A stretch of 64,000 nucleotides of DNA from Paraspadella gotoi (lineage: Eukaryota; Animalia; Chaetognatha). The notes under the pieces were generated by a model, which had not been told where the DNA came from, did no database searches, and saw nothing but the letters and a program-made list of their open reading frames with translations. Positions 1 to 26,590 of this stretch are shown here, piece by piece; position 1 is the first letter of the stretch, and the number at the start of each line of letters is the position of its first letter. The stretch is from the NCBI GenBank assembly GCA_051294375.1, contig CM119266.1, positions 10,441,677-10,505,676 on the forward strand. Direction: 5' to 3'. Made by a program: the position numbers and the translations under genes.

Positions 1-3
1 ACA

Positions 4-81
<78 letters not shown>

Positions 82-2313
82 TTGGTGAGATAACCGAATC
101 ACCTCAAAGAGACATTTCTGGTTTCCTCCAAATCGGTCTCCCGATTCGTCTCAATGTCGTCGTCTTTGTCGTTGTCGTCCTTTTTGCCGTCGTCGTCTTT
201 GTCGCTGTTGTCAATGTCGTCTGTGTCGTCGTCATCGTCGTCGTCATCGTCGTTGTTTTGTTCTCATCGTCATCTTCGTCATTGTCGTGCTACTGCCTTT
301 CTTTCTTGACATCTCCAGCTTGATAAATGAGGTGTTAAACTATTTCTTGTCAGCAATTTTTGTCTATTCTATACTTTGTCATTAGTCGTGGTTGTCATCG
401 TCTTCCTCTTATTGTTGACATTGCTTCAGCCCTTTATCCTCGTCTTCGTCGTCGTTTTTATCGTCTTCATGGTCGTCGTCGTCTTCATCGTCGTCGTCGT
501 CGTCGTCGTCTTCATCGTCGTTGAAGAGGACTTCTTTGTCTGGAACCGGAAGTCACTGCCGCCTCTCGTCTGACGCAGCGAGGACGCTTCAAGCGCCAGA
601 GAAAATGGAAGGCGGTTTGAGAGGAAGAGAGGGAGGAGGGGAGGGGAGAAGGAGAGGGGAAGGAGAAGGAGAAGGAGAGGGGAAGGAGGAGGAGAAGGAG
701 AGGGGAGGGAGGAGGAAAAGTAATGGGGAGGGAGGAGGAGAAGGAGAGGGGAGGGAGGAGGAGAAGGAGAGGGGATGGAGGAGGAGAAGGAGAGGGGAGA
801 TCGGGGGATGGAGGAAAGGGACGTCGTAGAAGGTAGAAGGTGGAAGGTGGAAGGTGGCGGGGAGGGAAGGGGGAAATGAATGGATAAAGGGGAAGAAAAA
901 AGGAAAGATGACTGGATGGAATGGTAAGGGTTGGTAAGGGTCGGTAAGGGTAAGAGAATAGAACGAAGACTTGAAGAGTTGTTAAGGGTGGGGAGCTAAT
1001 CCGTGGCGGCAAGAGGAAACTGGATGTGAAGGATTCCTTCTTTCTCGTGAATTCTCAAAAACGACAAAGACACTCACGAAGACTCACAAACAAGGAGCTG
1101 CCCATATTCACGGTTGACAGCTCATCCAGCCACATTACTGGCGCCACAACGACGGACATTAGCATCCGGGATTTCGAAACCAACGAGAGGCATCTTCGAA
1201 TCCGTGAGGTCGGAGTTTGAGAGAGAGAGAGAGAGAGAGAAGCAGAGAGAGACGCAGAGGATGAGAGAGAGATGAGTGCGACGAGAAAGAGAGAGAGACG
1301 AGAAGAGACGGCGAGATGAGAGAGACGATGAGAGGAGAGAGGAAGAGAGATGCAAAGAGAGACGAAGAGAGCAGACGACGATGAAAGAATGAGAGAGAGA
1401 AAGAGAGATGAGAGAGAGAGAGAAAGAGAAAGAGAGAGAGAGAGAGAGTGTGTTTCGCCTCGGAAACCAGTCTCGTGTCTCGTTTCACGCTTCGACAAAG
1501 TTTTCCCCATTAACTTTCCATATTATTTGCATTTGTATGCAAACAGCCAAACTTTTGACGCGAAAGAATTGTTTTCATTCACATTCTAAATGGAAAATGT
1601 TTTTTGTATTTATTTATTTATTATTTCTGAACATTAGCAGGAATTTAACAACCGGCCGGCGCGGAGACTTGCAAGCGATTATATTTGATAAAAATCAGCG
1701 GAACGGGCCGAGTGCGGCTCACCTTGTCCAGAGTCCACGGTTGGATTTGAAAACAAAAAAACAAAAACGAACTGACGATAGATAATCGAGTGTGAATTGA
1801 TAATTAGTTTAAAAAGCCCAATATTTTACTCACAGTGGTTGATTGATTCCGGGCGAGTTGAAACGGGACCTGTGTTACCTACTTGTCATTAAAATCACCA
1901 TATTAATTTTGATTGTCCCTATCATTATCGACGACGTTGCGGTTTGTCAAATTTGGTAAAAGAAGATCACAATGAAATCCCACTCGAGCGAACAATTTGG
2001 ATCGAGACTTGGGAGGACCGAATAAAAGCGAGAAAACGGCTCATGGGCGTGGCCCCGTTTGCGCGAATGGCAAAGAGAGGCAAGGAATGGCAAAGAAGTA
2101 GAATGCGGTGGCGGGGTTAACATTCGACCTCATCGAACCCTATCGAACGTTTAAGGATGAGCGGAAGAAGGGAGTGGAGTGGAAATAACACGGAACATTT
2201 ATCCGAGCGGGGCTTTAGGCACTAAGCTAGGCTTTTAAAAGCGACTTATATAATAACTCAGATATTGAATCCGGTATAAACTGACTAAAACTTATGTAAA
2301 AGGTAAACAGTTT

Positions 2314-2353
<40 letters not shown>

Positions 2354-2584
2354 TTATTCCTTCGCTCATTCTTTTTCTCCTCTCTCCTCTCGTCTTTATC
2401 TTAATGTCTAGAAAATTATCTTTTTCATTATATAACTATCATATATCTTTCTATTTCATCTTTCTTTTTCCAGGGAAAGGTCCCACTTCTCGATCTCCCC
2501 TTAGTCGACCGTTGACTCTTCGGTCTTCACTCTCCAGTCCGAGCGGGTGACCCGTTTGAAAAAAGCCAACCCTGACCCAATCAT

Positions 2585-2675
<91 letters not shown>

Positions 2676-3333
2676 CCGTTTCGCTTAACCTCAAAAGTTA
2701 CCCAAATGGTTCTCCCGCCCGCCATTATACTTTCCTTACATCATTAACGACCATTTTCCTTTTTTTCTAAAAAAAAACTCACTTCTACGGATCAACATAA
2801 CGGTAACATAACATAACATAACATAACATAACATAACATAACATAACATAACATAACATAACATAACATAACATAACATAACAGTAGGTTCTCATATATT
2901 TGATTATGTATCATGTATCATGTATCATGTCTCATGTATAATTATTTTAGCTATTTTTGCTTTTAGGTTTGTTTAATTTTCTTTTAGTTAATGAATAAGA
3001 TTTTTATTGCACAGCGCGTATATTAAATAGTAAATAAATATGAATATTTAAACAAATATTCGAACCCGACGAGATTCGGACAGTTTCCTTGGCAGTTTCC
3101 GAATTCCCCCAACTCCGTGGTCCCATCTCCCGGTCTCAGTTTCCACTTTCCAATAAAACGTCGNNNNNNNNNNNNNNNNNNNNNNNNNGAGGGATCAGAG
3201 GAGGGGGGGGTAAATGGTGAGGAAAAGGAGAAGGGAGTTTCTTCCTTCCTTATTCTCCTCGCGCATGTCTCAAATTGAAATTCAGAGTCACGTGACGCGT
3301 CTCGCCTCATTGCGCGCTTATCGTTGAAGACGC

Positions 3334-3374
<41 letters not shown>

Positions 3375-4586
3375 GAGAGATGAGGAGAGAGATGAGAGAC
3401 AGTGTGCGGCGCCACGATCCGGGAAAAGAGCGCATGCATCGCCTAGATGGGCGTGGATAGCGTGCGTGCGCGGAGAGGAAGAGGCGCGAAATCGTTTGGC
3501 AAAACGACTGTTAGAGAGGAGCGTGTGAGACGAATAGAGAATGGTAAACGAAGAGAAGACGAGAAAGAAAAGAGAAAGATAGATAAGGAAAAAGAAAGAA
3601 AGAAGACAAGAAGAGAAAGCAAAGAAAGAAAAGAAGAGGAAAGGAAGATTGACAAAAATCAGAAAGAAAACAGAAAAATATCAATGGAAAGTTGGGGAGT
3701 ATTGTTGGAACAACAAAGAAATCCCTGGACCGTTTCTACCTACTACCTGCTCTCTTCTCTCGTCATCTCTCTCTCTCTCTCTCCTCTCCTCACAGATCTC
3801 TCGTCTCATGCTCTCTCTCTCTCTCCTCTCTTCTCTCTCTCTCAATCTCTACTCTCTTCGTCATCGGCCGCAGACATTTCCCACATTTGCATACTAGAGT
3901 TGTTACAGTAGAGCGCACACAAGCGCTGCAGCTGGGACCCGAAAAAATGAATGATTATCGCGAGAAATGAAATACAATTTTTTCAAGTTAACGAAAAAAA
4001 AAAATGAAGCAGCGAAGAAGACAGATTAAAAAAAAGCTGAACTAAAAAGTAGGAAAGAATACTATTAAGCTATAAATAGTGCCCATAAAAAGGCCTAAGA
4101 AAGTTGGAGAAAAAGGTGATGCCGATAACAAATGAGACATGAAGAGATGGATAATATTAATATAGAAGCAATCAATAATATGAAGAGCGAAGAGGAGTTT
4201 AAAAGTTAATAATTATCCTTTTCTTTTAACGTTTGACGTTTGACGAGAGCGAATCCATGGCAACCTGTCGAAGATAGTGGCGATAGGAATCGAAAACGAA
4301 TGTCAAAGTTCAAACGAAATCCCTAACAATAGTAGAAAATAAAGTATCGAATATCCTTACAGTTCTGAACTGTTTAGATGTTTTTGGAATGCAAACTTAA
4401 TTTCCCATCAATCATATACATTCGATATTAATTCTTGGAGACTAAGCAATATTTAAATCTATAAATGTAATTTTTGATCGATGTGCTGCATTGGATATTA
4501 TAACAGTCATTTTATCTTATTAAAATACCTAAATTTTTATGACAAAGTTGGATTTAATAATTGATATTTTCCCAGTTGACACCGTT

Positions 4587-4643
<57 letters not shown>

Positions 4644-4838
4644 CTCCTCTCTGCTCTCTCTTTCTCTCTCCTCTCTCTCTCTCTCTCTCTCGTTCTGTTC
4701 TCAGTCTCTCTTACATTAAATCGAGTTGATTTTTTTCCAGCAACAACCAAAGGGCTTTTAGATGGTTCCAAGCAGCCCCGAAAGATTTGCTTTGCAAAGG
4801 CCTGCGTATTACTTGAGAGAGGAGAGAGAGAAGAGAGA

Positions 4839-4869
<31 letters not shown>

Positions 4870-6442
4870 TAGAGAGAGAGAGAAGAGAGAGAAGAGAGAG
4901 TGAGAGACATGCTTAAGAAAAGAAAGTAGAGAGGGTAGAAAATAGCGAGAGACAAGAGTGAAATAAAGTGTCTTTCTTTTTTTTTAGCGTTTTCTTTTTT
5001 TTCCTAATTCCTACTTTCCTGTTGTCGTTCTTCACGTGTCCTTTCCTTTATCTTTGTCTATTTTCCGTTTATTTCTTCCTTTCATTGTTTTTTTTCTTTC
5101 TTTCTTTCAATCTTTCATTAATCCATTCTTTTCTTCCCATACTCTCCGTCTTTCTCTCCCTCATTCTTTCATTCTTTTCCCTAATTCCATCCCCGTTCCC
5201 AACGAAATGAATTCATCGCCCGCCGAAAGTTCTCTAAGAAATTTTTTTTCCCCGTCGGCGTCGAAGCCAAATTGTTGGTCAAAGAGGAAAAAAGAGAGAA
5301 AGAAAGAAAGAAAAAAATGAAAAAAAAATTCATAAAAAAAATTATAAAATCCTTTTTTTTTTAAAAGGAACAATTGCTAGCGAAAACGAGGAAGAGGACA
5401 AGACGACGACCGTCTCGAGTTTTCAAAGAATTTAAAAATAAATAAAGATAATTTCATTTATAACTAAATTAGTTACCTCTCCGGGAACCTGTCCTTGTCA
5501 AGGTTTATTATAAATGGCGACGCATGGCTGAATCAATTATACATAACTGTGAAATCCATCATTTATCCTTGTAAATATTAAGACTTAAGGGTATGGTTGT
5601 ATAATAATGAAACAATTTTTAATATCGGGTTGTACCAAATTTCATATAATATTGAAACCAGTCAAAACGACAGTTCCGTGAAGCTTGTTGTTTGTGAACA
5701 TTAATCACTCGACAATGATCTCAAATCACTGGTACTAATTGCAGCAACTGACAATGAAAGCCGACCGTCACGAGCCGGAAAGGAATCGCCTAGCGTCAAC
5801 TCGATCGGGCGGCTTTCAAAACGAGCGCTGCGACGTTCTTCGTCGCAGCTGCCAGCGAGGCTGCTGTTGGTTTTAGAACGTTGTAATCGTTGTTGAAACC
5901 TTTCATTCATACATTATTTATTTTCATATTCGTTAATAAATATATAAAACAAACCTTTGGGAAATTTCAATTAGTGCTTACCGTCGAAAAAGCGCCAAAA
6001 AAATTTGGTTCGCGCTGAAGATTTGGGACCCAAGAAACCTTAGGTTTTGCCGACCTTGCTCCGTGCCCGCAGACCCGGGGAGCAAATAGCCTCTTGCGCA
6101 CGCGGACCGCGGGAGAGAAGAAGATCTGCGGGTGCGCGACAATAAGTATTCTAGATTATTCTTCGCTGATCTCGCATCAACGGGCAGAATTCTTCCAATG
6201 CAATCTTGGCCAACGAGCACGAGTCACCAAAGAGACTCTTATGCAACGCTGGCAATTTCGACGAAAGGCAGGGACATAAAGGAAAACGGGGAGGGAAGAC
6301 AATAATAACAACAACAACAAACAACGGTTCGAGGAGGAATATATTGATCGTTTCTTTGTTGGGTTTACCCGGATGTAGTGTGTGTGTTGTGTGTGTGTAT
6401 GTGTGTAGTGGGTGTTAGTAGTTAGTAAGTGCTGGGTTTGTG

Positions 6443-6486
<44 letters not shown>

Positions 6487-6744
6487 AGAGAGAGAGAGAG
6501 CAGAAGAGAGAGAGAGATGAGAGAAGAGAGAGAGAGAGAGAGAATATACGGAAGCATATGGCGCAATGGATCGAGGCGACAAATAATAAGGAGATCAGTA
6601 TAGACTGAGGGGTGAATGGATTGGACGGTTGGAGCGGATGGAATGGATGGGCGGCAATGTGTCGGAAGCGAGACCTGGTAGGGTCAAAGGAATTAAAAAA
6701 CGAGAACGAAAAAAAAAAAAAATGACAGCACGGAGCGATACAAT

Positions 6745-6810
<66 letters not shown>

Positions 6811-6926
6811 AGAGAAGAGAGAGAGAGAGAGAGAGAAAGGAATATCCTCAATGCGGCTTTTTTTCCGAGGAGCAAGCAACTAGGCGCGAGAGATTTAAGG
6901 AAAGCAGCTTGGCAAAGAGAGAGAGA

Positions 6927-6991
<65 letters not shown>

Positions 6992-8020
6992 GAGAGAATG
7001 AGAGAAGAGAGAGAGAAGAATGAGGAATTCTGTGTCCGTAATTTTTGGCAAACGGTTGGCGCTATTTTTGGCTCGAGGCTTCCCCGCTTCGGCGACGCAC
7101 GTCGGGAATGCCAAAAACCCGGGACGAGCAAAGACGACGAACAACGACGACGACGAACGACGACGACGAGAAATATCATAAGGGTGCAGACCGACACCGA
7201 ATTTAACACCTTCGACCGCAACGTTTAAGGTTGAGAATAAAAGAGAAATTGTTGCGAATGCCATTAAAAAAACGAAATGTCCGAATTAAAATAATACAAA
7301 TCTGGAAAAGAGAGCTTGTTAAAAACTATAAAAAAAAATATCTGCAATTCATTAAGTCTTTATCTTTGCCTTCGGCGAAATCGTTTTAATTTTCTAAACT
7401 TTGTATTCAGGTTGTCAAGAGCATTCGATTGGTGGGATGAAGTTTGAAGGAGGAAACGCTAACAATAAAAGCCAAAAGCTGACAGAGTTGAAGTGAGATT
7501 AATGTTTCTCTGAATGAAAAGATTTCAACGCACAGTTCGAAAATTTTAGACACGGTTTGAGGAAACAGCTTGATTGTTAATTCATTAAATCTTAACTATG
7601 TAACTGGCAGTATTGTGGCGGTCGGTTACACGGATGTACCCACACATTACCACCCATTAACCCACGGTCCGTTAAGTCGTTACGGGGCAACAGCCACCGT
7701 ATTGACCAGCGACCACCGCCACGCCTAGGGATGTCGACGGACGCTTTAAAACTCAAGTCGCCTCGCTCCGAAGATCGCCGACTCCGTATGATCTTTTCTC
7801 GGAGAATTAATTGTCCAACGTCGATGGTTTGTGCTTCGTTCGTCCCGAAGTCCGTTCGGATGCCTTGTCGTCCCTCTGTGGGTCCGTGACTCAAACTGAG
7901 ACGGCATTTGTTTTTGTTTTTTTTTTGTTTTTTTTCTTTTTTCGGAACGTCGAAGGTTTTAAACCTACTTCTAGACTCGATTCTACGCGGGTCCATCGAT
8001 CGAATTAGAGAGAAGAGAGA

Positions 8021-8096
<76 letters not shown>

Positions 8097-8586
8097 GAGG
8101 CAGAGAGAGAGAGAAAAGAGAAAATTCGTTTAGCGAACGTGATATAACGTGACAGATCGAACGTCGGACTCTTCAGGTTCTTAATAAAGTATGTCTGTTT
8201 GGCGGCAAAAAATAATTAGTTATAAAATGGCATTTACCTATTAACATCTTTTGTGAATCTTATTTTTTAGTTAAAATAATGGATTGTAACATGGGGACAG
8301 AATGGTTTAAATTTAGATTTTTGTATTTAAATATTTTTGCTGGAGAGCAAAAACACGAAGTTCCACTCTTGTTCAAATCTGTACGCTTTGGATGAAGTAA
8401 ACGGTTCTTTCTTGCCTTCAAACAGCCCATGTGCAATCGAGTTGCAGGCAACGAATCTTGCAAATCTTATGACGTCCCGAGGATAAAGAGCGCAAATGGA
8501 AAGCGTACAATGACAAATATGCCTTTCCTTTGGCTTCTAAGATTAACTATTTACCCGGAAGGAAATTTCTCCTTTCTTTCATTATT

Positions 8587-8617
<31 letters not shown>

Positions 8618-9769
8618 ACTCTCCTTGCTCTCTCTCTCGTCTCTCTCTCTCCATCGCTCGTGTCTCTCTCTCTCCTCTATCCTTTTCCTCAGCTTCTCCG
8701 CGCTCCTCCTCTGCGGCTCGAGCACTACGCGCAGTCGTTCGGAACTCCTCTCCTTCTCCTCTCTTCTCGACCTCTACTCCATCCCTCTCTCCGTTCATCC
8801 CTCGTCATCCGTCTTCTCTCATCTCTTCACTCCTCCTCTCTCATCCTCACTCTCATCCGCGGTCTCTCTCTCTCTCTCTCTCTCTAAAAGGCCAACGACT
8901 CAAAACAGAAAATGCAAAAAAACGCTATGCCCGTACCCTTCCTCTCATCCGCTCTCGGCGCCCCTCGGTCCCTTTAACTCCCAATATAAAACCAAACGAA
9001 AATTCCCAATTTTATATTTTTTTTCCTCTTGTCCTCGCCTTTTTTTTTTGTTGTGTGCGGATTTTCCCTTTTTTTTTCCCGTGTGGACGAAAAAAAGTTT
9101 CTCGAGTCCTCTATCGAACGCGAGAAACTCGTGTTTTGTGGTCATTCCCAGCGGGCATCGAAAAAAAAACCGCAAAACCAATAAAGCGCCACTAAAACAT
9201 ATTCTTTTTTTCATATTTCAGAGAGAAAAAGTGTGGATTTTCTTAAGTCGCAGCGAGCGAACTTTCTAAGAGATGTGTTTTTCCTTAATTTTTTGTATTA
9301 TTTTCAAAAAGTTAAAGAAAGAAGACATCATTCTTAGAAAAAAATACTAGCACCTAAACCTTTAAAATCAAATAAAATGACATTTCTAAGAATTGGATGG
9401 CGCTTTGTTTATAACTAGCCACATAGTTTGTTTATTTTTTTTAAACGTTTTTTTTTTCTTTATTATTTTTTCCGTTTATACTTTTTATAAACCGGAACAT
9501 AATTCTGACATATTTTTGTTTCACAATGTGCACCGGACCTTCAAGTCGGATCAATCGTTGGGAAAAACAAAACAAAGAAAAGAAAAAAACGCAATCAAAG
9601 AAAAAGATTTAAAGAAAAGTGATCCAAGTTTTTGGATGTTTTAAAAAAACGACAAAAACTATTCTTTTTGCAGATAATAAGAAACAAAAAATCTCCCATA
9701 ACTTTCTCTATTTGTTTTATAAAACGTTCCCTGCTGACTGAAATGGCTGGAGCTTACAACTTTTTTATG

Positions 9770-9800
<31 letters not shown>

Positions 9801-11801
9801 CTCGTTCTTCTACTCTCTTTCTCTTTTCTGCTCATCTTCTCTCTCTCTCCTCTTCTCTCTCTCTCTCTCTCTCTCTCTGCTCTTCTCTCTCCTCTTCAGT
9901 GCAGTGCGTGAGCTGTTAGCCTATGTTAAAAAGGTGGAGGTACTGGTGGTAAAAAAAGAAAGTAAAGAAAAAAAAGGAGTTAAAATGTAAGGTATATGCA
10001 AATTGTCCGGGGCGCAGGGTCGCGCCCCTGCTCGCAGCGGCCGAGGCTGAGGCGCTAGGTCGCTACGGGCGAAAGCTCAAAAACTCCGCAGCCCAGCTGC
10101 GGTAACAAGTACATTCAGCCTATTGCATTCGAAACGAAAATGAGAAGAAAAAAAAATGGAATGCGCTCAAGATAGAGAGAAAGAGAGAGAGGAGAGAGAG
10201 AGAGAGAGAGGAAAAGAGAGGAGAGAGAGAGGAGAAGAGAGGAGAGGAGAGAGAGAGAGAAGATTTTAAAATTGTTTAGATTACAAAGGGAAATGTTCAA
10301 TGTTATCTCTCATCTCTCTCTCAAATCATAAAATCAAGTTAAAATGCCCGTTGTGTTGTACATCTCTTCGCCAACGCACTCAGCTCACAGATGCTCGTAA
10401 ACTCACAAACACACTTAATGTCGTTAAATGTACTGAACGTATATTAGCTCAAGTCCCGAGAATTAATAGTCACACAATTTTCTCCTCTCTTTCCCTAAGT
10501 TGATTTTTAAAAAAAATTTTTCCGAAGTTTTGCCATAACTATTTATTGCTTATCATTAATAGTTGCGTAAATCGGCAAGTTAATGGCTTTGAATACCAAT
10601 TTAAATCGAATTAAAAAAACTCGAACCAACTCTTTCTCATTTTAAAAACTCTTTCTATGAGACCTTTTTAAGTTAATTTTGTTTGAAAAAAAAGTCTCTT
10701 ACAATTTTTTTTTCTGCCAGCGATGCGTTAAAATTTTTTCCCCCCTTGGAAATATTTGAAGGGCGGTTGAAAAAAAAAAATAAATAAATAAAAAAGAATG
10801 GGGACGTCAAAAAAGCAGATGCACTAAGTCGAGAGGTAATAGCCGTCGGAATACTCTGTAGGATATAAGCAACTTCGAGAGCGAATAAGTGTAACAAAAG
10901 TCACCTCGCTTTTACAGGGCGGAGGGGCAAGCGGACCTTGGACTGCCAAAACACCAGCCAGCTTCTAAGGGCGAGCGGTTGGGAAGAGTCCAAAACCGGC
11001 AACCAAATCTTGGGACAATTGAAAAGAAATGTTCGGGTTATTCTTTCAACAGAACAAATGATAAACAAAAGTAAATAATAGTAATAATGATATAAAATAA
11101 TAATAATGAATACATGATTAATATAAGAATTCATTAGAACAATAACGTAAAACTCGTAATTTCTCTCTTTTTAATTTTTCTCGCTTCGAATCGATCAATG
11201 TTTCGGCGCTTTCGCGCTTGTTTTCTTTTGCCGCCGTCCGATTCTTTTTTTTTTTTTTCATCTGCCTCCGAAAGAGACCGAGCCATCATGAAAGAGGCAC
11301 GCAGCAGCCTTTGAGGTATCTTGACGTTTTTTTTCTTTGCAAGCTTACCTTCAGAGATAAAACCGGAAAGCTGTCGGTTCACATCCTGACACCCGATTTT
11401 CCTTCGTAGAACTTTTTTTGTTGTTGTTCTTTGTAAAATCGCCTCAGTCGTCGACGAGAAAAAGATATTGTGTGTCTTTTGATTTGTTTGTGTTCTGTTG
11501 TTTGTTTGTCTTTTTTTCGCGTCGTTTCAGTAATTAACCGCAATTTTTTGTGTTTCGTTTTGTTTTTGTTTTTTGTTTTTTTCTCAAAATAGTTAATTAG
11601 TATAAAGAAGTTAAAAAGAAGCTTATCCACAAAAAACGAAAGAATAGAATTTCGTTTCACATTTTTTTTTTTTTGAATTTGGCAAACGGGTAGGTTTTCT
11701 TTTCTTCTTTTTTTTTCTTCTTCTCACTTCTTTTGGGTGCCGCCAGCGGGAGGTTGTTGTGTTGTTGGTTTTTATTTTATGTCCTTTGACTTTTTAATGT
11801 C
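1..11801 (+). repeat. Copy A of an ~11.5 kb direct duplication (copy B at 13284-24659)
   Basis: Collinear unique anchors: TTTGGTGAGATAACCGAATCACCTCAAAG at 81 vs 13391; GGAACATTTATCCGAGCGGGG at ~2192 vs ~15563; GCCAGCGGGAGGTTGTTGT at ~11742 vs 24601. Differences are mostly 1-nt indels. Confidence 0.95.
2805..2883 (+). repeat. (ATAAC)n pentanucleotide microsatellite; degraded copy at ~16184-16270
   Basis: About 15 tandem ATAAC units seen directly. Confidence 0.97.
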
Positions 11802-11832
<31 letters not shown>

Positions 11833-11929
11833 AGAAAAGGAAAGATTGAAAAAAATCAAGAAAGAAACAGAAAATACAATTGAAGTTGGTAATTTTGAAC
11901 AACAAAGAAATCCCTGGGCCTTTCTCTCT
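11802..11929 (+). repeat. Third partial copy of the segment at ~3620-3740 and ~16975-17100, abutting a 25-N gap
   Basis: GGAAGATTGAAAAAA...GAACAACAAAGAAATCCCTGGGCCTTTCTCTCT recurs here; probably a chimeric junction. Confidence 0.85.
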
Positions 11930-13283
11930 NNNNNNNNNNNNNNNNNNNNNNNNNCGAGAGAGAGAGAAGAGAGAGAGAGAGAGAAGAGAGAAGAGAGAGG
12001 CTTATTTTTCCCAAGGCGTAAAAGAAATCATTCGTCGGAAAAATGCGTCTTTGGATTTGTCGTATTCAAGAATAAAGTTGTAAGAAGTTTGAAAATTTAC
12101 ATTGGCAAATCAACTCAGAAATGTCAAATGTAGAGACCTATAAGACAACAACGAGTGTGGAGATATTCCTTAAGAATGAAATTTCACCATGTAGTATCCT
12201 TTCGTCGATAATCTTGATGATAGCTTTAGCAACCAAATATCAAGCCTTTTAGTTACCTGCAGGAATGTCAGGTGGAGTTCGGCATAGGGCGAAGCTAACC
12301 GTATGGCAGAGACGCGAGTAATTCAGTGAAGAACAAACAGAAAGAAACCAAAAATCGCAGTCTTATCCACATATTAGGTACTTACATAGTAAGTGCAAAA
12401 TAACCTTTTATTAAAATAAGATTATTTTTTCTTTTTTCCGCCAACGACAATGCGATTATCAATCGAAACGACCGAGAAAAAAAAAGGTCAATTCAGCTCC
12501 ATAGGAGGTGGGCGTGGCGGGAGGGTATGAAGGCGAATCGGCCAATCGGGTTGAGGAACGTTTGATATGTCCAATGTTCCACGGTTGAATCATATCATGA
12601 ACCAGATAGACGAAGTTTAAGTTTCCTTTTATTAATGATAATGACTATAACTATTTTTACCCATGAATTCTTAAATGGTAACATAACATCAATAATAATT
12701 TATATCCAACATAGAAAAATAGACGGACTCGTCGCGAGCCTAGACCTCGGATGCTTTCGAGTCCAAAAAGGCATCAGCCCTTTGAACAATCACGCCACGG
12801 AAGACGAATGTAGGCGAGAGGAGGCGCGAAAAGTTTCGAACGCGAGTCGGTACCGTTCAGCGCAGTCATGCCCTTATATCTCGAGAGGTCTTTGACGTCG
12901 AAGTCTTTGTCGTCGTCGTCGTCGTCGTCGTTTGTCGCCGTCGAAGCCGTGTGATTCTGGGCTTTGACGCCCGTGACGATTTCATTTCGGGCGATTTTCT
13001 TGCTATTTTGCAATAAAAGGAATTTAGACTTTGTTTCGAATAATTGCCGGGGTGAGAGAGAGAAGAGAGCAGAGAGAGAGAGAGAGAGAGAGAGAGTGAG
13101 AGAGAGAAGAGAGAGAGATGCAATGAAGTAAGAAAAGAAAGAAAAGAAAGGAAAGAAAAGAAAGAAAGAAAGAAAGAAACTAAATATGCTTCAAATTAAC
13201 CATCTCACAGCCAAACAGATCAATCGACATCACAGTCAATCAAAATCAATCAATCAATGCAAATACAATCAAATCAATAAATA

Positions 13284-24652
<11,369 letters not shown>

Positions 24653-24659
<7 letters not shown>

Positions 24660-25152
24660 GTCGTCTTTGTTCCTTGTCTTCGTCCTCTTCGTCGTTTATG
24701 TCGTCGTCGTCGTCGTCGTATTTCCGGTCCGCAGACTCGAAGGATATGGTGAGGAGTCGCCCTTGGGAGCGGAGGAAGCGAAGGCGCAGAGGGAGGTTCA
24801 CATGTCGTCGTCGTCGTCGTCAGGGCGATCCGCGCGGAACGGGCGACGGTTGCGGGGGCGGGTTGGCGGGCGGCGCCGGAACAGGCGTCGCGAAGGGTAG
24901 GATCGGGGCGAGGGCGGCGGCGGCGGCGTCGGCGGCGGCTGCGGGAGAAGGAGGTGAGGCGTCGCCCCGGCGACGCGGGAGCGGGCGGGCGGGAGTCGAG
25001 GCGGGCGAGGCGGGCGAGGTAGAACGAAGTGGGCGTGGCCGGCGGAGGCGGAGGCGGAAGCGAAGAACCCGTGGAGGAAAAGACAACGCGTTCTTCTTCG
25101 TCATCGTCGCCGTCGACGTCATCATCCATCGGAAAAGTTTTGAAGAATCACT
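24653..25152 (-). CDS. Possible GC-rich, Pro/Arg-rich exon; product and frame uncertain
   Basis: GC-rich island with a minus-strand acceptor (ccttttctcgcacAG, ~25153) and long open frames. No family recognised. Confidence 0.3.
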
Positions 25153-25472
25153 GTGCGAGAAAAGGGAGAGAGATTGATTTATTGATTGATTGATTGGCGA
25201 AGCAAGTAAGCAAGGTTAATTGATTTTATTCGTAGAAATAAACACTGGTTATTGAATTGATTGATTGATTGATTGAATAAGAAATATAGAAATTCCGAAA
25301 TAATGTGTGAGAAAACATTACAGATTAGGTTGNNNNNNNNNNNNNNNNNNNNNNNNNNNNNNNNNNNNNNNNNNNNNNNNNNNNNNNNNNNNNNNNNNNN
25401 NNNNNNNNNNNNNNNNNNNNNNNNNNNNNNNNNNNNNNNNNNNNNNNNNNGTAATGAATCTCTCTCTCTTCC

Positions 25473-25546
<74 letters not shown>

Positions 25547-26555
25547 CTCTCTCTCCTCTCTCCCTTCCTAGACATCGCACTTTTCATTACTGTTAGCTGA
25601 TGATTCATTTTCCCCGACGACAAAAAAAAAAAAAAAAATTACAAATAAGAGAGGAACCGCGAAAAAAACACAACCACCGGAGAAAAAGTAAAACACGAAT
25701 GGGAAAATGGCAAGAAGAAGAAGAAGCAGAGATTAGGAAGGTAATAAGAAGAAGAAAGAAGAAGAAGTGACGTTATTGTAAAATAAAAAAAAAACTATGA
25801 AGAGGAACTCGAGTTCCTCATGTTACAAGGAGACTTCATTAGCGTCGATGGAGAAGAGAGAGAGAGAGATGAGAGAAGGAGAGAAAAGAGGAGAAGAGAG
25901 GAAAGAGAGAGAGATCTGCCCAGGATCAAGCCAAGGAAGCTCGTTTTCGCCATAAGTTTATGGGTTCTAAGTTGTTTTTTTTATGTATATATTAAAAGAC
26001 TAGTAAATGCAATATTTATTATTCTTATCACGAATCAATGTTTAGAGTGAGTAATTTTTTTATATTTTGTTCGTCCTGCCACGATAGTTTTTCAAATTAT
26101 AATTTATAATTATAAATAATAACTGGCAATTGGAAATTGGGTAATTTTTATTATTATTTACAATGACAAAAATGGCGTAGAATGCAAAAAAGTTGGGATT
26201 TGCTAATCGTCGCGTTGCGCAACTCGGGACGAGAATGCGGAGAATTTTGAGTCTCGACTCCGCTCCAGATTGAAACGACAACAACAACGACGACGATGAT
26301 AACGAAAGAACAACAACGACCATCTTTTTTTTTTCTTTTTTTTGTCTCTTCTCTTCTCCGTCTCTCTTCATCATCTCCTTCGCTTCTCTCTTCTCATTCT
26401 CTCTTTNNNNNNNNNNNNNNNNNNNNNNNNNNNNNNNNNNNNNNNNNNNNNNNNNNNNNNNNNNNNNNNNNNNNNNNNNNNNNNNNNNNNNNNNNNNNNN
26501 NNNNNNNNNNNNNNNNNNNNNNNNNNNNNNNNNNNNNNNNNNNNNNNNNNNNNNN

Positions 26556-26590
<35 letters not shown>

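Noticed and set aside
1026-1220. Resemblance of TDISIR..LRIREVG to ARL16-like small GTPases
   Set aside because: No P-loop exon or downstream NKxD exon could be found; similarity is too short to call.
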